A stretch of DNA of 36,625 bases from Basidiobolus meristosporus CBS 931.73 (taxonomy: Eukaryota; Fungi; Basidiobolomycota), in the NCBI GenBank assembly GCA_002104905.1, contig MCFE01000780.1:1-36625 (forward strand), written 5' to 3'. How positions within the stretch are numbered: position 1 is the stretch's first letter; every line of letters begins with the position of its first letter. The notes below the pieces were generated by a model, which worked only from the letters and a program-made list of their open reading frames with translations, was not told the DNA's origin and made no database searches. Below are positions 1 through 9,984 of this stretch, one piece after another. A program made the position numbers and the translations under genes.

Positions 1-723
1 AGCTGTCCAAACAGCCCCGGACTTTGCACACAAGTTCTTAGAATCATCCTTAACTTATTCTACATGTTTGTAATGCCAAGGCCATGTAAAAGTATAAGTA
101 CTACTTTTACATTCAATAAACCATTAAGTGAAAACCACATAATCTACTTGTCCTCCCAAGTCACTTCTAATATCTCAAAGACTATTACAACTGGCTATGA
201 GCCCCAAGCTGTCACTCTCTGCAATGTCTACCACTGCTATTACTGGAATTTTCCTCCTGCTAAAGAGTTGGAAGGATCTGACTACCAAGTGTGGAAAGTG
301 AAGATGAAGATGCTGCTACAGGTACAAGGCCTTTGGGATATTGTAATGGGAGAAGAATGCCCTCATAAAAACATGGGAGAGGAAGCCTTAAAGTACCAGA
401 AGAAAGAACAAAGTGCCTTTAACTGCATTTGCCTTAATGTTAAAGACAAATTGGTAATTCAATGCTCAAGAGCAAAAACGGCAAAGAATGCCTGGAAAGC
501 ATTAGAAGACACCTACCATTCATGTTCAGCTGCTAAGAAAATGTATCTGAGACAAAAATCCCTTACTACAGAGATGCAGCCAGGAGGAGAAATGAGAAAT
601 CTAATCAGCAGAATTACACCTGCTGGTGGATGAGATGGAATCTGTGGGTGTACCAACTACTGATGAGGGTGTGACAGTAACCATCCTGAATAGCCTGACA
701 GACAAGCTTCAGGGCCTTGTATC
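1..723 (+). mobile_element. Cop1 copy a: decayed Ty1/copia 5' fragment (3' part of 5' LTR 1-192, PBS 193-204, gag start 224-723), interrupted at 724 by copy b
   Basis: 1-192 aligns to the 3' half of the 4265-4614 LTR. GGCTATGAGCCC is a one-mismatch PBS. The gag homology (WKVKMKMLL, AKNAWKALEDTY) is frameshifted and stops abruptly at ...GGCCTTGTATC, where a new TGTTGTA LTR begins. Confidence 0.9.
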
Positions 724-1055
724 TGTTGTAAAAGTTTGTAATTACACCTAAATACTCACCTAACTTAGTCACTTAGATCATTGCCTTCAAATCCTAGAGA
801 ATACTGACCTAATTCCTTGTTTGGATTTACTTGGAATATTAACCCAGAACATGAAAATTTCCAAAGTTGTCCAAACAGCCCCAAACCTTGCACACATGCT
901 CTTGGGACCTTCCTCAATCTATTCTACATGTGTTTTATGCCAAGACTATGTAAAACTATAAATACTACGTTTACATTCAATAAATCATTAAGTGAAAACC
1001 ACATTATCTACTTGTCCTCCCAATCACTTCCAATATCTCCAAGACTCTTACAATA
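724..1055 (+). repeat. 5' LTR of Cop1 copy b (332 bp, ~19-bp internal deletion)
   Basis: Starts TGTTGTAAAA and ends TTACAATA (CA>TA). It aligns to the young LTR and is followed by the PBS variant GGTTGTGAGCCC (1056-1067) and the gag ATG at 1087. Confidence 0.92.
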
Positions 1056-3743
1056 GGTTGTGAGCCCCAAGTTGCCACTCTCTGCAATGTCCATTTCTGC
1101 TATTACTGGAATTTTTCCCTCTGCTGAAAAGTTGGATGGATCTAACTACCAAGTATAGAAGTTGAAGTTGAAGATGCTGCTGCAAGAGAGAGGCCTCTGG
1201 GATATTGTCGTGGGAGAAGAATGTCCTCCTAAAAATGTGGGAGAGGAAGCCTTGAAGTACCAGAAGAAAGAACAAAGTGCCTTTAACTGCATTTGCCTTA
1301 ATGTTAAAGACAAATTGCTAATTCAATGCTCATGAGCAAAAAAGCAAAGAATGCCTGGAAGGCATTAGAAGACACCTACCAGTCATGTGCAGCTGCTGAG
1401 AAAATGTATCTGAGACAAAAATTCTTTACTACAAAGATGCTGCAAGGAGAAGAAATGAAAAATCTAATTAACAGAATTACACTGCTGGTAGATGAGTATA
1501 TGGAAGGCTCCTGGATGAGGTAACAAGAAAATCAAGTGCAAATAAGAAGGAAGAAGAAAATGCCTTAATAAGCAATGATAACCAACAAAGGAGGTACCCA
1601 AAACCCTACAAAGGCAACAGCAACCTGTTTTGTAACTACTGCAAAAGGAAAGGACACACATCAGACCGGTGTCTCAAAAAGAAAGATAATCAGCAAAAGA
1701 AGCCTGAATATGGAAATGCTGCAACAACTGAAGATAGACTATTCATATCTGCACTAAATATGACCACAAACAAGGATTCTCAGATGTGGCATATTGACTC
1801 TGGAACATCTCAACACTTCACACACCAAAAAGAACTTTTTACCCAATATCAAGAAATTCCAATCAAGAAGGTTTTCATGGGTGACAATAGAACACTTGAT
1901 GCAGAGGGAGAAGGTACTATCCAAGTAAGCCTAAGAAGCAGTGAAGGAAGCCATACACTGACTTTCAAAGAAGTACTCTATGTACCAGAAATAGCCAAGA
2001 ACCTACTATCTGTAAGCAAGGCCACAGCAGAAGGACTCAGTTTCAGCTTTGACAATTCTGGATGCAGGATCACTGATCAAATGGTGCCCATATTGCTTTG
2101 AGTATCAGAGATCAGAATCTATACAAGTTGACTTATATTCCATCATATTTGGAATCCAATATAAGTGACCTAAATGAAGAAACACCAATGCCTTGGCACA
2201 GGAGATTTGGGCACATCAATTTTGATTATTTGTGCAAAATAATCAAAGATCAGCTAATTTCTGGAGTAAAATCTGATCCCCCAGCTAATTTGGAGCACTG
2301 TGAAGCCTGCATATATGGGAAACAAGCCAGACAACCTTTCAAGAGCTCTGGGTTAATCAAAACTAAGAAAAAATTGGATCTAATTCACTCAGATCTGTGT
2401 GGACCTATGAAATATTTATCCTTAGGCAGGATGAAGTATTTAATTGCTTTTATTGATGATTATGCAAGATACACATGGGTCTACTTTATGGAGAGAAAGG
2501 AAGAAGCCCTGTTTAACTTCAGGGAGTTTAAAGCCATGGTGGAGAGAGAAACTACTGAGAAAATCAAGAAAGTATGCTCTGACAATGGTGTAGAATATAC
2601 CTCAAAACTCTTCATCCACTTCTACAAAATTCATGGGATAAAGCAAGAGACTACTATAATATACTCCCCACAGAAAAATGAAGTAGCAGAATGTGCAGAC
2701 AGATCAATAATTGATATGGCAAGATCTATGATCCATGATCAAAAATTGTCCTATTATTTTTGGGTGGAATCAGTTGCCACAGCTATATACCTTAAAAATA
2801 GGAATTATAACAGAATTCTTTGTGATTCAACTCCATTGGAAGCATGGTATGGATACAGGCCAAATGCAGAACATCTGAGAATATATGGGTGTACAACATA
2901 TGCCAAGAAACTGCCCAGAAATCAGACAAAATGTGGGCCAAGAAGTATAAAATGCATCTTTTTGGGCTACTGCAATGAGAGTAAAGCATACAGACACTAC
3001 AATACCAAAGTAAAGAAGCTAATCAAGTCCAGGGATGTGTTATTTGGCAAAGACTCAAAATTTTCACAAAAGATGACATCAGATGATGACAAAAATCGGA
3101 TCTCAAGTCCACCAATGGTCAGAACTGAACCAGAGCAACACAATGAAGATTTGTTCATTTGAGAGGACTCTACAACCATGGTTCAGCCTAAATCAGCTGC
3201 CAGGAATATTCTGGAAGTGATCACTCCAGTATCAAATGCCTGGAGATCCAACTGGACCAGAAATAGCCCAAATTAATATATCAATGAGGGTACAAACTTG
3301 GCCTATGCCTATTCAGTCAATATTAATGAGCCCCAGACTGTGAAAGAGGCCCTAAATAGCCCTCAGATGGAGTTTTGGAGATTGGCAATGACTGAGGAAT
3401 ATCAGGCCTAGATGGAAGATCAAACTTGGGACTTAGTCAAATTACCATCAACCAAAAATCAATTGGATACAGATGGGTCTTCAAGACAAAATACAAGGCT
3501 GATGGTACAATTGAAAGATACAAAGCAAGACTTGGGACCAAAAGATACTCTCAAGCAAAAGGACTTGACTCTACTGAGACCTTTGCACCAGTAGTCAAGT
3601 TTAATTCCATCAGATTGATATTGACTATTGCAGCCAAATATTAGTATTTTATTTATCAAATGGATGTAAAAACAGCATTTTTGAATGGAGAACTTGATTA
3701 GGATGTGTATACGGACCAGCCTGATGGGTTTGCTGAACAAGAT

Positions 3744-4256
3744 AACATCCTTTTGGTCTGCAAGCTTAAAAAGTCACTATATGGTCTCAAACAATCACCA
3801 AGAGCCTGGAATTGCAAGATAGATTCTTATTTGGAATATTTGAGTTTCAAAAGGAGTAATGCTGACTATAGTATATATTGTAAGCCAGATAGAGCAAGTC
3901 CAGTTCTATTAGCTTTGTATGTAGATGATCTTGTTATGGCCACCAATAACCTAGCAACACTGGAAGAGACTAAATCCAGCTTATCCAAAGAGATCAAGAT
4001 AACCCCCATTTGACCTGCAAGCTTAAAAAGTCACTATATGGTCTCAGAAATCACCAAGAGCCTGGAATTGCAAGATAGATTTTAGTTTGGAATCTTTGAG
4101 TTTCAAAAGGAGTAAGGCTGACTATAGTATATATTGTAAGCCAGATGGAGCAAATCTAGTTCTATCAGTTTTATATGTAGATGATCTTATTATAGCTGCC
4201 AATAACCTAGCAACATTGAATGAGACTAAATCCAGGCCATCCACGGAGTTCTAGAT
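3744..4256 (+). repeat. Tandem duplication of a ~257-bp RT segment (3744-4000 and 4001-4256)
   Basis: The sequence jumps back at CAAGAT (3995-4000), which also occurs at 3738-3743. Both units run from CTGCAAGCTTAAAAAG through GTAGATGATCTT to GAGACTAAATCCAG. Confidence 0.85.
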
Positions 4257-4264
4257 GTCTTATC

Positions 4265-4614
4265 TGTTGTAAAAATTCGTATTTTCCACCTAAATATTCA
4301 CCTAACTTAGTCACTTAGAGCATCACCTTCAAATCCTAGAGAATACTGACCAAATTCCTTGTCGGGATTTACTTAGAATATTTTCACCAAAATACCAGGT
4401 ACCCAGAACATGAAAATTCTCAAAGTTGTCCAAACAGCCCCAAACTTTGCACACATGTTCTTGGGACCTTCCTTAACCTATTCTACATGTTTGTAATGCC
4501 AAGACCATGTAAAAGTATAAATACTACTTTTACATTCAATAAATCATTAAGTGAAAACCACATAATCTACTTGTTCTCCAAATCACTTCCAATATCTCCA
4601 AGACTCTTACAACA
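4265..4614 (+). repeat. 5' LTR of Cop1 copy c
   Basis: TGTTGTAAAA...TTACAACA; identical to 8603-8952. Confidence 0.98.
4516..4543 (+). promoter_or_regulatory. Putative TATA box (TATAAATA 4516-4523) and poly(A) signal (AATAAA 4538-4543) in the Cop1 LTR
   Basis: The motifs are seen directly, and a TATAA-type box plus AATAAA recur at the same place in copies a and b. Function is inferred from general LTR architecture. Confidence 0.55.
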
Positions 4615-4626
4615 GGTTATGAGCCC
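4615..4626 (+). promoter_or_regulatory. Primer-binding site GGTTATGAGCCC, complementary to the anticodon arm of initiator tRNA-Met (Ty5/copia-type half-tRNA priming)
   Basis: It abuts the LTR end with no TGG. It is the reverse complement of GGGCTCATAACC, the anticodon-arm sequence of fungal tRNAiMet. Confidence 0.88.
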
Positions 4627-4645
4627 CGAGCTGTCACTCTCTGCA

Positions 4646-7600
4646 ATGTCTACTACTGCTATTACTGGAATTTTTCCCTCTGCTGAAAAGTTGGATGGAT
4701 CTAACTACCAAGTGTGGAAGGTGAAGATGAAGATGCTGCTACAAGAAAGAGGCCTTTGGGATATTGTCATGGGAGAAGAATGCCCTCCTAAAAACGTGGG
4801 AGAGGAAGCCTTAAAGTACCAGAAGAAAGAACAAAGTGCCTTTAACTGCATTTGCCTTAATGTCAAGGACAAATTGCTAATTCAATGCTCAAGAGCAAAA
4901 ACGGCAAAGAATGCCTGGAAGGCATTAGAAGACACCTACCAGTCATGTTCAGCTGCCAAGAAAATGTATCTGAGAAGAAAATTCTTTACTACAAAGATGC
5001 TGCCAGGAGAAGAAATGAAAAATCTAATTAACAGAATTACCCTGCTGGTAGATGAGATGGAATCTGTGGGCGTACCAACTACTGATGAGGATGTGATAGT
5101 TACCATCCTGAATAGCCTGACAGACGAGTTTCAGGGCCTTGTATCAGCCCTAGAGTCCAGAACTGAAGATTTGACCTTAAATTACGTATATGGAAGGCTC
5201 CTGGATGAAGAATTAAGAAAATCAAGCGCCAATAAGAAGGAAGAAGAAAATGCTTTAATAAGCAATGATAACCAACAAAGGAGGTACCCAAGACCCTACA
5301 AAGGCAACAGCAACCTATTTTGCAACTACTGCAAAAGGAAAGGACACACATCAGACCGGTGTTTCAAAAAGAGAGATTATCAGCAAAAGAAGCCTGAATA
5401 TGGAAATGCTGCAACAACTGAAGATAGACTATTCATATCTGCACTAAATATGACCACAAACAAGGATTCTCAGACGTGGTATATTGACTCTGGAGCTTCT
5501 CAACACTTTACACACCAAAAAGAACTTTTTACCCAATATCAAGAAATTCCAATTAAGAAGGTTTTCATGGGTGACGATAGAACACTTGATGCAGTGGGAG
5601 AAGGAACTATCCAAGTAAACCTTAGAAGCAGTGAAGGAAGCCATACACTGACCTTTAAAGAAGTACTCTATGTACCAGAAATAGCCAAGAACCTACTCTC
5701 TGTAAGCAAGGCCACAGCAGAAGGACTCAGTTTCAGTTTTGACAATTCTGGATGCAGGATCACTGATCAAAATGGTGCTCATATTGCTTTGGGCATCAGA
5801 GATCAGAACCTATACAAGTTGACTTATATTCCATCATATCTGGAAGCCAATATAAGTAACTTAAATGAAGAAACACCAATGCTTTGGCACAGGAGATTTG
5901 GGCACATCAATTTTGATTATTTGCGCAAAATGATCAAAGATCAGCTAATTTCTGGAGTGAAAATTGATCCCCCAGCTAATTTGGAGCACTGTGAAGCCTG
6001 CATATATGGGAAACAAGCCAGACAACCGTTCAAGAGCTCTGGGTTAATCAAAACTAAGAAAAAATTAGATCTAATTCACTCAGATCTGTGTGGACCTATG
6101 CAAAATTTATCCTTAGGCGGGATGAAGTATTTAATCACTTTTATTGATGATTATACAAGATACACATGGGTCTACTTCATGGAGAGAAAGGAAGAAGCTC
6201 TGTCTAAGCTCAGGGAGTTTAAAGCTATGGTGGAGAGAGAAACTGGGGAAAAAATCAAGAAAATACGCTCTGACAATGGTGGAGAATATACCTCAAAACT
6301 CTTCATCCACTTCTGCAAAATTCATGGGATAAAGCAAGAGACTACTGTACCATACTCCCCACAGCAAAATGGAGTAGCAGAACGAGCTAACAGATCAATA
6401 ATTGATATGGCAAGATCTATGATCCATGATCAAAAATTATCCTATGATTTTTGGGCGGAATCAGTTGCCACTGCTGTATATCTTAAAAATAGGAGTTATA
6501 ACAGAATACTTCGTGATTCTACTCCATTTGAAGCATGGTATGGATACAGACCAAGTGCAGAACATCTAAGAATATTTTGGGTGTACAGCATATGCCAAAA
6601 AACTGGCCGGAAATCAGTCAAAATTTGAGCCAAGAAGTGTAAAATGCATATTTTTGGGCTACTGCAATGAGAGTAAGGCATACAGACTCTACAATACCGA
6701 AGCAAAGAAGCTGATCAAGTCCAGGGATGTGTTGTTTGATGAAAATTCAAAATTTTCACAAAAAATGACATCAGATGATGACGAAAATTTGATCTCAAGT
6801 CCACCAATTGTCAGGATTGAATCAGAGCAAAACAATGAAAATTTTTTCACTCCAGAGGACTCTACAACCGTGGTTCAGCCAGAATCAGTGCCCAGGAATA
6901 TCCCAGAAGTGATCATTCCAGTATCAAATGCCCGGAGATCCAATCGGACAAGAAATAGCCCAAATTACTATATCAATGAGGGTACAAACTTAGCCTATGC
7001 CTATTCAGTCCATGTTGATGAACCCCAGACTGTAAAAGAGGCCCTAAATAGTCCTCAGACGAAGTTTTGGAGATCTGCAATGACTGAGGAATATCAGGCA
7101 CTGATGGAAAATCAAACTTGGGACTTAGTCAAATTACCAATCAACCGAAAATCAATTGGATGCAGATGGGTCTTCAAGACAAAATACAAGGCTGATGGTA
7201 CAATTGAAAGATACAAAGCAAGACTTGTAGCCAAAGGATACTCTCAAACAAAAGGACTTGACTATACTGAGACCTTTGCACCGGTAGCCAAGTTTAATTC
7301 CATCAGATTAATATTGGCTATTGCAGCCAAATATAAGTTTTTTATTCATCAAATGGATGTAAAAACTGCATTTTTGAATGGAGAACTTGATGAGGACGTG
7401 TATATGGACCAGCCTGATGGGTTTGTGGACCAAGATAAACCCCATTTGGTCTGCAAGCTTAAAAAGTCACTATATGGTCTCAAACAATCACCGAGAGCCT
7501 GGAATTGCAAGATAGATTCTTATTTGGAATCTTTGAGTTTCAAAAGGAGTAATGCTGACTATAGTATATACTATAAGCCAGATAGAGCAAATCCAGTTCT

Positions 7601-8591
7601 ATTAGCTCTATATGTGGATGATCTTATTATAGCCGCCAATAACCTAGAAACATTGGAAGAGACTAAATCCAGCCTATCTAAGGAGTTCAAGATGTCCGAT
7701 CTAGGAGAACTTAGTTACTACTTAGGGATTAAGTTCTCCATAGACAGAAGTACCCAGACTATTACCCTAAGCCAATCCAAGTATATTCAAGATATACTAA
7801 AGAAGTACAAAATGGAAGACTGCAAACCGGCAGCTACCCCAATGGAGACAAACCTTAACTTGGTCAAAACTCAACCAAATCAAGAGAGCTTGGTGCCATC
7901 TGAAAGCCCTGACTTTCCTTATCAATCTATGGTCGGCAGTCTGATGTATATCATGCTTGGAACACGTCCAGATATCTCATATTCAGTGGGAGTTGTCAGC
8001 CAACATAATCAGAATTATGGATCTGATCATATTGCAGCAGTTAAGCGGATTTTTAGATACCTAAAAGGAACTGCTGATATCTGCTTAAGATACACTTATA
8101 AGGATTCAGAACAGGATCTTGTGGGATACTCTGATGCTGATTGGGGACGAAATTTAGAAGACAGAAGATCCACCACAGGATATACCTTTCTTTACTGTAA
8201 AGGAGCCATTTCATGGAATTCAAGAAAGCAACCAACCGTAGCACTTTCTACTACAGAGGCAGAGTATATGGCAGCCTGTGAAGCTACAAAAGAAGCAATG
8301 TGGTTAAGAAAGCTCTTTACAGATTTAGGCCTATGTCAAAAAACGCCTATTACTTTATTTCAAGATAATCAAGGATGTATACAATTAGGTAGAAATCCAA
8401 CTTTTCATGCTAGAACCAAGCACATAGATATTAGACATCATTTCATACGTGAAGCTATAGAGAATAACTTAGTTAGCTTAGTTTACTGTCCTACAGATGA
8501 AATGATTGCAGACATATTTACCAAACCATTAGCTAGAGACAAGTTTGAATATCTTAGGTCAAAATTAGGACTAGTCAGTATGAACATTTAG
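4646..8591 (+). CDS. gag-pol: Copia Gag-Pol polyprotein, split into two frames by one extra T at 6575-6578 (track ORFs 4487-6628 and 6654-8591)
   Basis: Motifs: CNYCKRKGHTSDRC zinc knuckle (5321-5362), WYIDSGASQH protease, WHRRFGH..CEAC, IHSDLCGP/RSDNGGEY/QNGVAERANR integrase, HQMDVKTAFLNG and LYVDDL RT, and GYSDADW/TEAEY/QDNQG/ADIFTK RNase H. The ATG at 4646 is chosen as the first plausible start after the PBS. Confidence 0.93.
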
Positions 8592-8602
8592 CTGAGTGGG
8601 AG
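8592..8602 (+). promoter_or_regulatory. Polypurine tract (CTGAGTGGGAG) of Cop1 copy c
   Basis: Purine-rich run between the pol stop codon and the 3' LTR. Confidence 0.88.
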
Positions 8603-8952
8603 TGTTGTAAAAATTCGTATTTTCCACCTAAATATTCACCTAACTTAGTCACTTAGAGCATCACCTTCAAATCCTAGAGAATACTGACCAAATTCCTTGT
8701 CGGGATTTACTTAGAATATTTTCACCAAAATACCAGGTACCCAGAACATGAAAATTCTCAAAGTTGTCCAAACAGCCCCAAACTTTGCACACATGTTCTT
8801 GGGACCTTCCTTAACCTATTCTACATGTTTGTAATGCCAAGACCATGTAAAAGTATAAATACTACTTTTACATTCAATAAATCATTAAGTGAAAACCACA
8901 TAATCTACTTGTTCTCCAAATCACTTCCAATATCTCCAAGACTCTTACAACA
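8603..8952 (+). repeat. 3' LTR of Cop1 copy c
   Basis: Identical to 4265-4614; followed by the TSD TTATC. Confidence 0.98.
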
Positions 8953-9984
8953 TTATCTAGGAGAACGCAGTTACTACTTAGGGATTAAGTTCTCCATAGA
9001 CAGAAGTACCCAGACTATCACCCTATGTCAATCCAAGTATATTCAAGACATACTAAAGAAGTATCAAATGAAAGACTGTAAACCAGCAGCTACCTCAATG
9101 GAGACAAACCTTAACTTGTCAAAACTCAACCAACTCAAGAGAGCTTAGTGCAATCTGAAAGCCCTGACTTTCCTTATCAATTGATGGTTGACTGTCTAAA
9201 GTATATCATGCATGGAACATGTACAGATATCTCATATTCAGTGGGAGTTGTAAGCCAGTGTAATCAGAACTATGGATCTGATCATATTGCAGCTGTTAAG
9301 CAGATTTTTAGATATCAAAAAGGAACTGCTGATATCTGCTTAAGATACACTTATAGGGAATCAGAGTGGGAACTTGTAGTATACTCTGATGCTGATTGGG
9401 GACAAAATTTAGAAGATAGAAGAACTACCACAGGATACACCTCACTTCACTGTAAAGGAGCAATTTCATGGAATTCACAAAGTAACCAACTGTGGCACCT
9501 TCTACCACAGAGGCAGAGTACATGACAGCCTGTGAAGCTACCAAAGAGGCAATATGGTTAAGAAAGCTTTTTACAGATTTAGGCCTATGTCAAAAACACC
9601 TATTACTTTATTTCATGATAATCAAGGATGCATACAATAGACTTGTTCCATTGTGCTGTTGCTCATAGTGCCAGAAAGTGCTGTATATTTTGTTATTACT
9701 TGATATTTTAGGGTCATATGCATGTCAATTTTGATCCCAAATTGGCACTGTATGGCACCATCCGGCACTCTGTGGCATGATCAGGCACCATCTGGCATGC
9801 TATGGCACTATTAGGCACTATGATCAGCTGGAATGATGGAACAAGTCTAATTAGGTAGAAATCCAACTTTTCATGCTGGAGCTCAGCACATAGATACCAA
9901 ACATCATTTCATAGGTGAAGCTATAGAGAATAACTTAGTTAGCTTAGTTTACTGCCGTTCAAATGAGATGATTGCAGACATATT
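8953..9984 (+). mobile_element. Cop1 copy b, right part: decayed RT-RNase H, interrupted by a MITE and ended by insertion of inverted copy d
   Basis: Resumes exactly where 4264 stopped (GATGTC-TTATC-TAGGAGAAC = KMSDLGE). Carries YSDADWG and MIADIF motifs. Confidence 0.92.
9639..9848. mobile_element. 210-bp MITE (non-autonomous TIR DNA transposon), possibly PHIS/Pangu-like
   Basis: 13-bp perfect TIR AGACTTGTTCCAT / ATGGAACAAGTCT. AAT is duplicated at 9636-9638 and 9849-9851; the empty site TACAATTAGG is seen in copy c. Subterminal GGCAY repeats are present. Confidence 0.88.

Larger units (their letters stand above)
724..4264 (+). mobile_element. Cop1 copy b, left part: decayed gag-PR-IN-RT with stops, frameshifts, a ~130-bp gag deletion at 1496/1497 and an RT duplication
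   Basis: ORF fragments carry WHIDSG (PR), WHRRFGH/CEAC, IHSDLCGP and SDNG (IN), and ALYVDDL (RT). The region is collinear with the young copy. Confidence 0.93.
4265..8952 (+). mobile_element. Cop1 copy c: full-length, very recent Ty1/copia LTR retrotransposon (4688 bp)
   Basis: The two 350-bp LTRs (TGTTG...CAACA) are identical by eye. A 5-bp TSD TTATC lies at 4260-4264 and 8953-8957. PBS and PPT are present, and the domain order is gag-PR-IN-RT-RH. Confidence 0.98.

Noticed and set aside
1490-1500. ~130-bp gag deletion in copy b, considered as a copia-style spliced transcript
   Set aside because: The deleted segment has no GT..AG ends in any register and breaks the frame; it is an ordinary deletion.
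4487-4645. 53-aa N-terminal Gag extension starting inside the LTR (also ORFs at 64 and 817)
   Set aside because: The ATG lies upstream of the putative TATA box, in U3, so it should not be on the element mRNA. The ORF caller simply took the first ATG.
6575-6581. Programmed +1 frameshift at TTT-T-GGG
   Set aside because: Sister copies are in frame at this site, and the position inside integrase is not a gag/pol boundary.
8825-9148. Chimeric ORF fusing the 3' LTR frame to the host RT remnant
   Set aside because: Accidental in-frame join at the TSD. The start is upstream of the TATA box and the downstream RT is decayed.
9741-9820. 10-bp periodic array considered as CRISPR-like or an independent minisatellite
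   Set aside because: There is no repeat-spacer structure and the context is eukaryotic. The array lies wholly within TIR- and TSD-bounded MITE sequence.
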